DNA of 64,000 nt from a virus. The notes under the pieces were generated by a model. It worked only from the letters and a program-made list of their open reading frames with translations, was not told where the DNA came from and did not search any database. Below, piece by piece: positions 38,417 to 49,141 of this stretch; the stretch's first letter is position 1; each line of letters opens with the position of its first letter. The translations under genes were made by a program, and so were the position numbers. The stretch lies in IMG/VR virus record IMGVR_UViG_3300033146_002435, positions 4,818 to 68,817 of that record. One strand, 5' to 3'.

Positions 38417-39121
38417 ATGGAAAAAGTCCAAGACCCACAGGAGCACCCAGGAATCCCTCGAATCATCCGAACAAAATATTCGGAGTACCAATACAACTCC
38501 AGAGGACAAACAAGAAAGCAGGAAGTAGTTTTCATCCCGGATGAGGAAAAGAACTTACTTCTTTACTTTATGGGAGTTCATGCTACGAGAAAGTTGACAC
38601 CCGAAAAATATTTGATGTATCACCTGATGTGGAAATACTGGGGTGAAATCGACCGAAAGGCTATATTCAAGTTATCCGGCATTAGTATCTCAGAGCCTTC
38701 GGATAAGGATACGGTGAATTATAAACTGGCAAGATCAATTGGTAGCCGGATTTCCGACGCTGCCTGCTCCGTTGAGGGTTATCTGTCCACTTGGCCTACA
38801 CCTAGCTTCAAAAGAGCTACAAGAGCCTGTCACGAAGCACTCAGAGAACTTTTACCGGGTATGCATAAGGTAAGCTCAAAGCTACTTTCCGATGGTATGT
38901 TGACACGCCACAAGAATTTTAACGATGCAATCGTGGTAGCCACGAGGCTAAAAGACATTGTTCACATCCTTTACGACGACCAAATTCTGCTCGTGTCAAC
39001 TACGAAGAATGCCGAGCGTAGAGACTGGCTTAACGAATTGAGGCTTCAGGCGAAGCTGCTGAAAGGCTCCGTTTTGTGTATTGTGGGTAAAACTTCAACA
39101 TCATCCTTGCTTTTTAAATAG
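38417..39121 (+). CDS. hypothetical protein
   Basis: 234-aa ORF, overlapped by short ORF 38340-38528, which carries the stronger RBS. Confidence 0.65.
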   Translation: MEKVQDPQEHPGIPRIIRTKYSEYQYNSRGQTRKQEVVFIPDEEKNLLLYFMGVHATRKLTPEKYLMYHLMWKYWGEIDRKAIFKLSGISISEPSDKDTVNYKLARSIGSRISDAACSVEGYLSTWPTPSFKRATRACHEALRELLPGMHKVSSKLLSDGMLTRHKNFNDAIVVATRLKDIVHILYDDQILLVSTTKNAERRDWLNELRLQAKLLKGSVLCIVGKTSTSSLLFK

Positions 39122-39154
39122 AAGGGATTTATACTGGACACTTAGGAGGCGAGT

Positions 39155-39478
39155 GTGAAGTGTAAAAACCCATTTTGCGATTATGATACAGAGAGAAGAC
39201 TGAGCGATGCGGGCCTGTTAAAGGGTTGGTGTCCAACGTGTTACAGGTTGGTGTATCGAAATGGTACACTACCTATGAATGCGGATGTTCCTGCGTTCAG
39301 CCAGAAGAGTGTGACGTATCCCATGTTTATTGAGGGTGCTGTCGAATACGCATACCCGATGGACGAATTTCTGTGGCGGTACAAAGTGAGTCTTGACAAA
39401 CTCGTTGAGTTTGAAGAGGAAAATAAAGTAAATTATGAGGAGACGAGGAAAAATGGACACATTGTTTTTATTAAGTAG
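39155..39478 (+). CDS. Cys-rich hypothetical protein
   Basis: CKNPFC...CPTCY; AGGAGG RBS embedded in GACACT-N9-AGTGTG. Confidence 0.7.
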   Translation: MKCKNPFCDYDTERRLSDAGLLKGWCPTCYRLVYRNGTLPMNADVPAFSQKSVTYPMFIEGAVEYAYPMDEFLWRYKVSLDKLVEFEEENKVNYEETRKNGHIVFIK

Positions 39479-39893
39479 CCATCAAATTTTTCTTATTATT
39501 GTGCTTATTTTTACCGTAGTGCTGATGTTAATTATTCAATACGGAAAGCCCGATATTACTTTGGCTATTCTTATGGCCCGTGTGACAAAAATTCGGGGAA
39601 ACAAGTACACGATAGAAGGCCTGTACGGAGTGTACCATTTGGATTATAGCCTTCAACTTTACGAAGGCTTTGACGTGTGGCGATCCGCTTTTATGAGGGG
39701 ATCTAAAGAATACTACGGCCCAATCATCTTCGATGATGAGAACAAAACTTTTCTTCCGGTGAACCCTAACCAAAAGAAAAGTCTGTACTGGGTATCTGAC
39801 ATCAACCAAGGGGTAAAGTCAGGCGTTTTGAAAACGCCATTTGTCATGACTTACTATGACAGGAGGGAATCCATTGTTAAAGGAACAGAGTGA
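39453..39893 (+). CDS. membrane-anchored hypothetical protein
   Basis: N-terminal TM helix; GAGG RBS. Confidence 0.6.
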   Translation: MDTLFLLSSHQIFLIIVLIFTVVLMLIIQYGKPDITLAILMARVTKIRGNKYTIEGLYGVYHLDYSLQLYEGFDVWRSAFMRGSKEYYGPIIFDDENKTFLPVNPNQKKSLYWVSDINQGVKSGVLKTPFVMTYYDRRESIVKGTE

Positions 39894-40419
39894 CCATAGA
39901 CCAAATGTGTGTAACGTAAGACCGCAAATGAATCCGATGCGATCTAATTTTAATAAATCCGAGTACGTCCTGGGGCTTATGCGAGAGCGTGAGATAACCC
40001 CAATGTACCAAATTGAAGTTGATGTGATCAATCGACCTATCGGCGAGGCCCACAGAGAGGCACTTGAGGCCGTAGAGACATGGCTTACAAACTTCATGGG
40101 CGAGAACGACGTTCATCACAATTTTGTTGAAATCGTGAGAGATTATGATATGCATGGGGTATTCGACGAACCCATCGTTAAGATGAAGCGTCTGATTTGT
40201 CTTGAACATGGCTATCAGTACGTAATCATGCATCAGTTCACCCACGTTGGCTATGAGGACAACACAGACGGGCATGATAAAGCTGTGCAATCGCTTCAGG
40301 TTGGCTTTTTGAGCTTACTGCTTAATAACAAAGTGGAGACATTTGACTCGCTTAAAGAAATGCCACTGTTGGTTGAGGGAGTTGTCGAATCCCTTGAAAA
40401 GATGGGATTCGCTGATTAA
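39856..40419 (+). CDS. hypothetical protein (start uncertain)
   Basis: Open frame ending just before the terminator. Confidence 0.6.
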   Translation: MTGGNPLLKEQSDHRPNVCNVRPQMNPMRSNFNKSEYVLGLMREREITPMYQIEVDVINRPIGEAHREALEAVETWLTNFMGENDVHHNFVEIVRDYDMHGVFDEPIVKMKRLICLEHGYQYVIMHQFTHVGYEDNTDGHDKAVQSLQVGFLSLLLNNKVETFDSLKEMPLLVEGVVESLEKMGFAD

Positions 40420-40441
40420 GTAAAGTCCCCACATAAAGAAG

Positions 40442-40468
40442 AAAAGCCCCTTTTCAGGGGCTTTTTTT
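40442..40468. terminator. bidirectional intrinsic terminator
   Basis: AAAAGCCCC-TTTTCA-GGGGCTTTTTTT between convergent genes. Confidence 0.85.
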
Positions 40469-41924
40469 ATGGAGTTTGTTTCGCCATCATGAAGTTGAAT
40501 AGTTGGATTCCGTTGTCCGGGTTATTGCTCAGGCTGTAATAGCCTGCGACGGGTATGTTTGGTGTACTGTTTTCGAGCCTTAAAGTCCCGAGTAACCTCT
40601 TGGGTAACGTCGGGAAGTTTGCTCGGGTGAAGATGATTGCGACGTTTCCCTGGGGCGGGACATCCTCTCTATCAGTCAGTTCCTGAAGCTGTCCGTTTTC
40701 ATCGTTCCAGACAAGTGTCCAACGAACACTGGCGTACTCGCCTTCGAGATAATCTGATTGGTCAAAATTTCCGATAATAAGTGCGGGAGTGTGGTACTCA
40801 TCCATCTCGAATCCGGGTATCACCATCTCAGCAGAGCTGCCTTCCTCAAGTCTGTCAGTGGTCTTGATGACATTTTGAAGTCCTTCCGCATCCGGGCTTA
40901 TCTTCAGATGCTGGTGAATAGTCACGGTCACTGGCCTCGACGTTCTGACGTTGAGGACACCTTGATGAATGTATTCCGGTGATATGAGCATAATTTTTGA
41001 AATGTCTTCCATAAATATTTTATTGGGAAGCACCATCCGAGTTCTCCAGGCTATCTCCGATCCATACCCGTCGGGGCTCCAGGGTCTGACACCGAAGTCA
41101 ACCTTCACGCTTCCGGAGTAACCGCCCGTATCAATGGAAAGGAGTGTGGAACCCCTGTCGTCCTCAGTGAGCCATGGGAAAAAATAGTATGATGTGGTGG
41201 GTTTGACATACCATAGTTGGCTGTAATCCCACATGGTGCTGTCACCGTTTGGCAGTATGCCTTTGAGTTTGAAGTAAATAAAGCCTTCACCAAATGTGGT
41301 TAAGTCGAGTTTATACGTTCCGCTATCCGTGTGGGTGAGATAAATTCCATAATCCACAAACCCGTTTCCTGCGAGAAAGTCCGGGTGGTTGGATACTTCA
41401 AGAAAATAGCTGTCAATTCCATTCGACAGGTTCCATCTCAAAGTCAATTCATCATGGTTATACTGCTCATCAGGTTGAGTAGGCAGTTGCAGTCGAGGGC
41501 TTTCGTATCCGTTTTCAATGGTTGTCTGCTTTACATAAGTCCATCCGTCTCCGGGCCCGTATCCGTGCTTCACAATATCTACCACGGATGTGCCTTCAGC
41601 AAAGGCTATTTTGACAAACCAACTTCCGTTACCCAGAGGCAGGGGGAAAGTGTAACTGGTTTTGGTGGCGGGTATGCCGTTATTGGATTCGTAGATGTAG
41701 GTTGTCTTTACATCGGCATTTTGAAAGTTGTAATCTGTCGAGATGGCAATCATAAGGTTTTCGGATGCACCACGTTGGTTAATGTTTGTGGTTTCCACGT
41801 TGAACTCAATGACGAGCTGTCCCTGGTGTTCGAAGGACTCGTGAACGGTAAGTAGTTCTAAATCGTATAAGTTGGTGCTTGCAAAGAGTGAAGCAGTCGA
41901 GAGAATAAGTAACAAAAATTTCAT
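40467..41924 (-). CDS. secreted multi-beta-sandwich protein (moron-like, antisense to neighbours)
   Basis: Signal peptide MKFLLLILSTASLFA; AAGGAGG RBS; FnIII-like LTLRWN...SYFLEVS...F. Confidence 0.75.
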   Translation of the reverse strand: MKFLLLILSTASLFASTNLYDLELLTVHESFEHQGQLVIEFNVETTNINQRGASENLMIAISTDYNFQNADVKTTYIYESNNGIPATKTSYTFPLPLGNGSWFVKIAFAEGTSVVDIVKHGYGPGDGWTYVKQTTIENGYESPRLQLPTQPDEQYNHDELTLRWNLSNGIDSYFLEVSNHPDFLAGNGFVDYGIYLTHTDSGTYKLDLTTFGEGFIYFKLKGILPNGDSTMWDYSQLWYVKPTTSYYFFPWLTEDDRGSTLLSIDTGGYSGSVKVDFGVRPWSPDGYGSEIAWRTRMVLPNKIFMEDISKIMLISPEYIHQGVLNVRTSRPVTVTIHQHLKISPDAEGLQNVIKTTDRLEEGSSAEMVIPGFEMDEYHTPALIIGNFDQSDYLEGEYASVRWTLVWNDENGQLQELTDREDVPPQGNVAIIFTRANFPTLPKRLLGTLRLENSTPNIPVAGYYSLSNNPDNGIQLFNFMMAKQTP

Positions 41925-41968
41925 AGAAACCTCCTTCTACGTGTATAATAGCATTAAAGGGGTGCTGT

Positions 41969-42454
41969 ATGGTAGGCATTGATGACCTGGTAAGATACGC
42001 AAATTTGATAGGTAGACCTGATGTCCGGACATTGGATGACGCTTCAAAAGAATTGTCTCTCGGCATAGACGAATGTAGAAAACTACATGACATTATTTAC
42101 GATGTGGCTCGTAGGGTAACGGATACACAAACGTATAAGTCGAGAGAATCCCTTGAAACGCAGTTGGCTCTAATTGACTCAATGATTCAGGAAGTTGATG
42201 TGGCTGAACTTAAATATCAGGATAGGAAATCTATTCTCGATGCTTTGTCCACTGCGTCTAAGTTGAGGATCGAATTGGAAAATTTGACGAAAATTAAAGA
42301 TCAAAGTAGTATGCTGACCGCTATCCTAAAAATTTTATTTGATGAATTATCGTCTATTGACCCCATGCTTGCTATAAAAATTCGGGATAGTTGTGTGGAT
42401 AAGTTTGATTCACTGGTCATGGTACTCCCCGCTATTCCGGGAAATGCGGCATGA
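41969..42454 (+). CDS. probable terminase small subunit
   Basis: Helical 161-aa ORF immediately upstream of, and coupled to, TerL. Confidence 0.55.
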   Translation: MVGIDDLVRYANLIGRPDVRTLDDASKELSLGIDECRKLHDIIYDVARRVTDTQTYKSRESLETQLALIDSMIQEVDVAELKYQDRKSILDALSTASKLRIELENLTKIKDQSSMLTAILKILFDELSSIDPMLAIKIRDSCVDKFDSLVMVLPAIPGNAA

Positions 42455-44271
42455 GCGAATTTCATGAATTAGCGGGCATGGTACGGGATATTCTCGGGAA
42501 CATGACGTTCAAAGGAGAGTCGAGAGTTTTGCTTACCACTGACTTTATCACGAGATTCACGGCAGATCCCGATCCCATGAATACACATAAAAAGTTCAGT
42601 TTTGAGGGTCACGAGTGGCAGAGAGATATGTTGAATGATGTTACACGAGAGCAAGCTACACAGAAGTGCTCTCAGATCGGTGTGTCTGAGGTATTCATCA
42701 GAAAAGCATTGGCGATGGTTGTCCACTACGGACTTAACGTGACTTACGTTATGCCTACGTTTGAGGGTATCAAGTCCTATGTTCCTGCTCGTATTGATCC
42801 GGTGATAAGGCATTCCTCCAAGTTGAGTGCCATGATAACTTCCCCTGATAACAACAGTCACAAAATGTTTAAAAACGGTAGGAGCCTGTACATAAGTCAT
42901 TCGAATTCTGAAGCAGCCCGTGTATCTACTGCACTCGATATGGTTGTTATGGATGAATTTGATCGTTGTGATGATGCAAACTATGACGCATGGCCTCAAC
43001 GTCTTGGTCACTCGAAGTACAAAATTTATGACTGTTTCTCCACTCCGACGATCAGTGACTACGGAATCAATGCGTTGTTTAAACAATCCGATCAGAAATA
43101 CTACATGATAAAGTGTTCTGCCTGCGGGGAGTGGCAAGTGATGTCGTTTGAGAATAACATAATGTTTAAGAAGGGTTTAGTAGGACTCCCAGACTTCAAC
43201 ATAAAAATGCCACAGAGATCCGGAGTGGATAAACTTGACTGGAAAGACAAATATCTTGATAGAGAGCCCTACATCGGTTGTCGTAAATGCAGAAAAAAAT
43301 TGGACAGGAACGACACATCATTGAGAGAGTGGGTTCCCGAGTTTGCAGGCAGGAAAATATCGGGGCGACAGCTTACTCGTTTTGATGTCCCCTGGAATCC
43401 GGAAACACGGATGGGCCACAATGCCAGTACGATTATCGATGTTTTCTTTCAAAATAGAAGCCTGCTCGAATTTTACAACCAGGTTTTAGGGATACCTTAT
43501 GACCAATCTTCTGACTCAATTACAAGATCCGACTTACTAAAATGTCAAGCTGATCCTGCGAGCGGTTTTAATTCGCTCCAAAAGCATAGCGACGGCATCA
43601 CCTTCATGGGCGTTGACCAGGGTAAAAACCTACACATCACTATTTACCGGGTAAACGGAGTTTTTTTTGATCTTGTCTATGCAGAGGAAATGTCAATGGC
43701 TCGTGGTAAAGACAGGCAGGATTTTGCTCTTCCAGAGGTTGTCTCGGAAATTTCTGAATTGGCTCGCAAGTTTCGGGTTGTCCATGGAGTGTGCGACGGA
43801 GCCCCTGATATAAACCTTCCCCGGGCTTTAAGCAAGGCCATGCCCAACGTATTTTGTTGGGCCTTTTTCAATACGAATACCAACGGTTACAATAAACCGA
43901 CTGAGAAAAATAAGGTCATAAGCATTAACAGGTCATGGGTTCTCAACAGTGTGGCAAGTATGGTGAAGAAAGCACACCCTATGTTTGAGTTGAGAGTTCC
44001 ATCAAACTTTATAGAAACTAAAGAAGGGAAGGAATACGAAAGCCACTTTTCAGCAATGTCAAAGGCTCTTATGGAAAAACCGGATAAACGAACAGGCGTT
44101 ATGAAGCAGGAAACGGTGTGGGTTAAAAAAAGCGGGAGAGCAGATCATTACCTGCTGTCTTCATGCTATGCTTTAGTAGCGACCCTGTTTGTCTATGATC
44201 CAAAAGACAAAAAGCGAGTCGTGCCCTATTCAACGGGTTACACAGTTGTAAAGACAAAAGGTGTTTTATGA
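42451..44271 (+). CDS. terL: terminase large subunit (lambda GpA-like family)
   Basis: QKCSQIGVSE, VVMDEFD, STPT, CSACG/CRKC zinc ribbon, MGVDQG and ADHY nuclease motifs. Confidence 0.92.
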   Translation: MSEFHELAGMVRDILGNMTFKGESRVLLTTDFITRFTADPDPMNTHKKFSFEGHEWQRDMLNDVTREQATQKCSQIGVSEVFIRKALAMVVHYGLNVTYVMPTFEGIKSYVPARIDPVIRHSSKLSAMITSPDNNSHKMFKNGRSLYISHSNSEAARVSTALDMVVMDEFDRCDDANYDAWPQRLGHSKYKIYDCFSTPTISDYGINALFKQSDQKYYMIKCSACGEWQVMSFENNIMFKKGLVGLPDFNIKMPQRSGVDKLDWKDKYLDREPYIGCRKCRKKLDRNDTSLREWVPEFAGRKISGRQLTRFDVPWNPETRMGHNASTIIDVFFQNRSLLEFYNQVLGIPYDQSSDSITRSDLLKCQADPASGFNSLQKHSDGITFMGVDQGKNLHITIYRVNGVFFDLVYAEEMSMARGKDRQDFALPEVVSEISELARKFRVVHGVCDGAPDINLPRALSKAMPNVFCWAFFNTNTNGYNKPTEKNKVISINRSWVLNSVASMVKKAHPMFELRVPSNFIETKEGKEYESHFSAMSKALMEKPDKRTGVMKQETVWVKKSGRADHYLLSSCYALVATLFVYDPKDKKRVVPYSTGYTVVKTKGVL

Positions 44272-45836
44272 GTGTTTTTAGTTATCTCAGATCGAAAATT
44301 ATTAGAAGTTCTTTGAAGTCCGGTAGCGTTACTGTGTCCCAAATAGGGGCACAGAGTTCTGACACGTTTATAGTGGATGACGTTTATAATCCTGCTCAAG
44401 CAAAACTTAAAAGGGATACGTACTCAGGAGACGACCTGTGGGAGCAGATTAGAAAGTTGTCATGGGAAGACCAGACTGTTTCACATGGTGTTTGGTCTAC
44501 GGTACGTGGAGCGTCCCAAAGTTGGTGGATCACTTTAAAGGATTCCAAGGGTAGGGAGGTAAAAGCGGAGAGTCGGAAAAAAGAAGAACTCATGAGTATC
44601 CTCAGAGAAAACAGCCGACTTGACAAACCCGGAAAGTTTGACTTCAAGATTTCCTTTGAGGGTGTTCGGCAGCAAATGCTTAGATCCCTCAAGCTGTACG
44701 GGGCCATTGCTGCCGAGGCAGTGCTCGACAAACACAGGAAACCACAGTACATCAAAATTATAAATCCGACCACGATACATTTTAAGGAGCCTAAAAAAGG
44801 TGTCTTTAAGCCCTATCAGATTGTCAACGGTTCAAACAGGATGAAGCGAACGGAAATCAAACTTGACATCCCAAACTTTTTTTGGAGCAGGTTAGACCCT
44901 GACACAGACACTCCGTACTCCAAGAGCCCTATGACTCCCGTGGTAAACACGATTTATTTTCAAATAAAATTTCTCGAAGACCTTCAGGAGGTTGTTAAAA
45001 AAACAGCATGGCCACGGATCTCAGCAAAGTTGATGGAGGATGTTCTTTATGAGCAGTTACCCCTCGACATTAAAAACGATCAATCAAAATACGAGTTGTA
45101 CATGTCGAGCAAAAGGGCTGAAATTGCAAAAGTTTTGCAGAATTTGGAGCCTGGTCAAGCGTTTGTGTCCGGAAACTATGTAGAAATTGAAATTATGGAG
45201 AGTCGAGGACAGGCAGGGGGGACTTTGAATCCTGCTCCTTTATTGGAGGTTGTCGAAAGGCATAGTGCTCAGTCTATGAAGACCTTTGCCAGTGTTCTCG
45301 GTGTCACAGGAACTGTTGACCCGCTTCAGCAATTTATGGAGAATCAATCTTTGAAAGGCTACCAGTCCGTAGTCGAGGAATGCATGAGTGATATACTCAC
45401 ATTCTTTTTCAGGGCTATGGGGAAGGACATCATTGCGTCATTCAAACACAAACCGCAGGAACTTCGACCGGAGAGTGAGTTGGAACCATCAAGATCTATG
45501 AAGATGTCCACGAATAAAGTCTTACTGGCGATGGGTGCAATGACTCCTGAAGAATTCTCATTGAGTATGACGGGCACTCCGATGCCGGATAACAGCATTC
45601 TCAAGAATTTGTATAACGACGAGGAACTTGCGAAGAGTATGCTTGGTGTATCCGAAGCTCCCGACCCCTCGGATACTGATGACTCCGGAAAATCTCCCGG
45701 GAAACCTACTGATCCGGATGATGGAAGGTCTAAGCCTGACGCATCCGTGAAGAGGGGAAAAGATCCTGCAAAGAAAAAAACAGGTGAGCCGAAGGCTACA
45801 CCGAAGGGCACAAGTAGAAAGCCACGTAGAAAATAG
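44268..45836 (+). CDS. portal protein
   Basis: Position after TerL, 522 aa, LYGAIAAE...IINPTTI pattern, low-complexity C-terminal tail. Confidence 0.8.
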   Translation: MSVFSYLRSKIIRSSLKSGSVTVSQIGAQSSDTFIVDDVYNPAQAKLKRDTYSGDDLWEQIRKLSWEDQTVSHGVWSTVRGASQSWWITLKDSKGREVKAESRKKEELMSILRENSRLDKPGKFDFKISFEGVRQQMLRSLKLYGAIAAEAVLDKHRKPQYIKIINPTTIHFKEPKKGVFKPYQIVNGSNRMKRTEIKLDIPNFFWSRLDPDTDTPYSKSPMTPVVNTIYFQIKFLEDLQEVVKKTAWPRISAKLMEDVLYEQLPLDIKNDQSKYELYMSSKRAEIAKVLQNLEPGQAFVSGNYVEIEIMESRGQAGGTLNPAPLLEVVERHSAQSMKTFASVLGVTGTVDPLQQFMENQSLKGYQSVVEECMSDILTFFFRAMGKDIIASFKHKPQELRPESELEPSRSMKMSTNKVLLAMGAMTPEEFSLSMTGTPMPDNSILKNLYNDEELAKSMLGVSEAPDPSDTDDSGKSPGKPTDPDDGRSKPDASVKRGKDPAKKKTGEPKATPKGTSRKPRRK

Positions 45837-45849
45837 TTTAGAATAATGG

Positions 45850-47154
45850 ATGAGAGGTATTGATATGAGTTTTCCAAGACCAACAGTAGATGAATTAAAG
45901 AAAATAAAACAAGTTATGCTTGACCCGGACAGCGTGGATGAAAGTAAGATTGGAGTTGTGCGTCAGTTGATGGCCAACAATGATATTACATCCTACAATA
46001 CGGTTCTGTCTTTGCCTATCCTTCACAATTTTGTCCGGGATATTACAAAGCCAGATGGAACGACACGAGTTCCGTTGATGTTAAACCACCCTTCTCTCTC
46101 CGAAGCACTCCCCCTGGGTACTTCCTTCGATGCGGAGTTGAGAGAGGTAGAAGGTAAAACAACTAAGTTGGGTGAGCCTTTGGTTGAAGTCTTTGGAAAA
46201 TTTTATACCGTGGACGGAAAAGAAACGATTGCAATGGGATCAAGCGGATTCTTCAGTGACAAAACCATCATTGAAGTTGACACTGAGAGTATTGGGACTA
46301 AATACTCTGCGGGTCTTATTCGCTCCGGTTCCGTAGGCTTTCACACAACGGATGCTGTATGCAACATCTGCAACAGACCTTATGGCCACGAAGATTGTGA
46401 CCACGTATGGGGTAAAAAGTACGACGGAAAAATCTGCGTTGCAAGAGTTGGTGTCACGAGTAATGACTCAAATAAGTCTGACGGTTATCTTCGAGAATAC
46501 TCTTTAGTTGTCGCAGGGGCCGTTAAAGACGCAGGGGCCGTGCAGTCATACAATAATGGTAGTGGCGAAACGACGCAGAAATTAAATTTCATGAATGAAT
46601 GTTCGTGTGATCCTGTAAGGAGAAACGACGAGAGACTTAATGACAATTCGTGTGCTAATAATAACATGAGAACCGAAGGTTCCAACAAACCGACTCAAAA
46701 GGAGCAGAAAATGGGAATAGAGTTAAGTGCTGAAAAGTACGAAGAACTTGTGGAATACAAGTTAAAACTTGCGGATTCCGAGAAGAAAGCCGATGAGTCC
46801 TCTACGTTGGTGACAGAACTTCGGGCTGAACTGGCGAGCCTTGCTGACTCACAAGCAACCATAGACTCACTGACAGCCGAGAAGGAAAAATTTGATGGAG
46901 AGCATAAGTTCTTCATGGAAGCTGTCACTGCGTCAGGCATTAAGGCTTATGGTGCAGGCAAAGACGAGAACGCTGAGAAATACGCAGAAATGAGTTTTGA
47001 AGAACTCACTACTGTTTATGAATCAAACATCGCTGTCTACTGCGATAACTTAACTAAGGGCGACACATCACAGGACGATCCTGAGAATGGAACTGAAGAA
47101 CCCAAGAAACAGTATTTTGAAGCGAATAAAGTAGCTTCAACAATGATACGATAA
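45850..47154 (+). CDS. prohead protease / scaffold fusion
   Basis: LMLNH, GSVGF, CNIC..CDH, LREYSLVVAGA; C-terminal coiled coil. Confidence 0.8.
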   Translation: MRGIDMSFPRPTVDELKKIKQVMLDPDSVDESKIGVVRQLMANNDITSYNTVLSLPILHNFVRDITKPDGTTRVPLMLNHPSLSEALPLGTSFDAELREVEGKTTKLGEPLVEVFGKFYTVDGKETIAMGSSGFFSDKTIIEVDTESIGTKYSAGLIRSGSVGFHTTDAVCNICNRPYGHEDCDHVWGKKYDGKICVARVGVTSNDSNKSDGYLREYSLVVAGAVKDAGAVQSYNNGSGETTQKLNFMNECSCDPVRRNDERLNDNSCANNNMRTEGSNKPTQKEQKMGIELSAEKYEELVEYKLKLADSEKKADESSTLVTELRAELASLADSQATIDSLTAEKEKFDGEHKFFMEAVTASGIKAYGAGKDENAEKYAEMSFEELTTVYESNIAVYCDNLTKGDTSQDDPENGTEEPKKQYFEANKVASTMIR

Positions 47155-47166
47155 GGAGACTAAAAT

Positions 47167-47742
47167 ATGTCTGAAATTGCATTGGTAGACAACGATCTTG
47201 CAAAATTTGATGTGGGTCTTAGGCTTAATGCCGGGCAGATTACCACAATCGCCAACAGTGCTTCTACTTCCGCACAAAGGGTAACAAAAGCACTCGTTTC
47301 CACTTTCCTGATGCAGGCTGACGAATCAGCCTATAATGCGGGTAAAACAAAGCGATATATCCCCGTGTCAGCAGATGACGCTGCTTTCAGCAATGTAATC
47401 ACTGGCGTTGCTGATAAAAAAATCATAGGTGTGGTTGTGGCAGCAGGCCACCCCAAAGCAGCCGTGCCCTACGAATCCGATGTGTACGACATCATTGAGC
47501 ACACCGCAGAAGGTGAACCTGTTGATGTTTCCGTAGCCTTCGGTAAGGAATCCATTTATATTTGTGAATATGATGGATCAACTGACCCCGATCCCACAGC
47601 ACTCACGGCTGCCCGAAGAGTTGTACTTTCAGGAACTCCCGGAAAGGTTAGAGTGGCATCAACCCTCGCAATCGCAGATGCGATTGGATCAGAAGTAATC
47701 GCTGTAAACACAACGCTTAAACTCGTTGCGATTCGGCTGTAA
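47167..47742 (+). CDS. probable head decoration/cement protein
   Basis: Between protease and capsid genes; AAGGAG RBS. Confidence 0.6.
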   Translation: MSEIALVDNDLAKFDVGLRLNAGQITTIANSASTSAQRVTKALVSTFLMQADESAYNAGKTKRYIPVSADDAAFSNVITGVADKKIIGVVVAAGHPKAAVPYESDVYDIIEHTAEGEPVDVSVAFGKESIYICEYDGSTDPDPTALTAARRVVLSGTPGKVRVASTLAIADAIGSEVIAVNTTLKLVAIRL

Positions 47743-47753
47743 GGAGACGCACA

Positions 47754-49031
47754 ATGGCAAACACATCTAAAAGATTTTTGACTTGTCTCAACGATGAGAC
47801 CGTCAACTCGACCAAAATATATGACTTATCTCAGAAAAGTTTATCCGGTGTAGTCCTTGATTACAACGATAAAGAGGTTGCACCTGTATCCGACTTTTCT
47901 CAGGTAGTTATTGACCCCTCAATGGTCACTTACGCAAACGAAAAAGGACTTAGTCTTGCTGAGTACATGGAAGAGCTTGACCCTTCCTCTAACTACTCCG
48001 CAGATTCACCCCTGGGGCAACTGAGTGCAATTCAGAGACAGTATATTCGGTATGGCTTCAAGAGTTCACCCTCTCGGCCTAACGAACCGAAATCCACTGT
48101 TCCTCTGGCTTACACGATTGCCCACACTCCTGCGAACAGTGCCCTGTTTGGTTCTTTCCTGAAAGATATGGTTTTCTGGGAGCCCATTCGTGATGCAGAG
48201 TATGATCCCAATATGCTCTTTGCATACACACGGACTCAGAAGGAAGACACCTACAAGCAGATCCGTGTGAACGACAGTCAATTCAGAAACCGTCGCCTTC
48301 ATAGGATCGGTGAGAATGCTGAAGTTCCTGTCAGCCACATGACACAAAGTGGTTACACCGGGACTATGATTAAGCACGGCATCGGTCTTGCTTTCTCCAA
48401 AGAATTCGCAGACAACGTGGAAATGAAACTTTTCGCAAAAGCAGTTGCAAGAGCGGGACTCCGTGAACGCAAGTCCTATTTTGAGCACATCATTTCAGTT
48501 CTTCTGAGTGGTGATTCAATCTATGGTTTGACCACAGGTGCTACGGTAACAAAAGCCGACGTGTACGACAGTACGATTGCAGCAGCGGGCGAGATCAGCT
48601 ACTTTGCACTGAGTTCTTTCCTTCACGCCATGCGACCCTACAAGCCCAATCTGGCCATTCAGAACCTGGCTTCTTATCACAGCTACATCTCAGCAACTCC
48701 TCCCGCAAACATGATCCAGTTCGATCAACTTCGTGTACTGGCTCAAACAGCGTATCCGGATATGCCTAGACTGTTGAACACTGACTTCCTTGGTCAGAGT
48801 CCTTCAGCTTTGATTACTGCCGACGGAACCATCTCTGACAACCTCATCCTTCTGCTCGATACTAAAGAGTCGATTGCACGAGTTGTAAAAGCGGGTGGCG
48901 AAGTGAATGACACGGGCTATGACATGCAACATCAGAACTACAAGCAGATTTCTACCATCATCGATGGCATCGAGATCCTGCCTAGCTTCCGAGATGCCTG
49001 CCAGGTACTTTCTCTCACCCTGACAACCTAA
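47754..49031 (+). CDS. major capsid protein (HK97 fold)
   Basis: 425 aa; RIGENAEVP...KHGIGLAFSKE pattern; followed by a terminator. Confidence 0.82.
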   Translation: MANTSKRFLTCLNDETVNSTKIYDLSQKSLSGVVLDYNDKEVAPVSDFSQVVIDPSMVTYANEKGLSLAEYMEELDPSSNYSADSPLGQLSAIQRQYIRYGFKSSPSRPNEPKSTVPLAYTIAHTPANSALFGSFLKDMVFWEPIRDAEYDPNMLFAYTRTQKEDTYKQIRVNDSQFRNRRLHRIGENAEVPVSHMTQSGYTGTMIKHGIGLAFSKEFADNVEMKLFAKAVARAGLRERKSYFEHIISVLLSGDSIYGLTTGATVTKADVYDSTIAAAGEISYFALSSFLHAMRPYKPNLAIQNLASYHSYISATPPANMIQFDQLRVLAQTAYPDMPRLLNTDFLGQSPSALITADGTISDNLILLLDTKESIARVVKAGGEVNDTGYDMQHQNYKQISTIIDGIEILPSFRDACQVLSLTLTT

Positions 49032-49062
49032 GATTTACCCTCCTAATTTTAAGGTTGTAAAT

Positions 49063-49098
49063 AAAAGGACACCGTTACCCCTACGGTGTCCTTTTTTT
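49063..49098 (+). terminator. intrinsic terminator
   Basis: AAAAGGACACCGT-loop-ACGGTGTCCTTTTTTT. Confidence 0.88.
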
Positions 49099-49141
49099 AT
49101 TTCATATTTTAGTGTATGCTTTACATAAGGAGGTTCTTACT

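Noticed and set aside
38340-38528. Frameshift fusion of ORF 38340 to ORF 38417 at G_AAA_AAG
   Set aside because: Not a canonical slippery heptamer, and 38417 has its own plausible RBS; unresolved without homologs.
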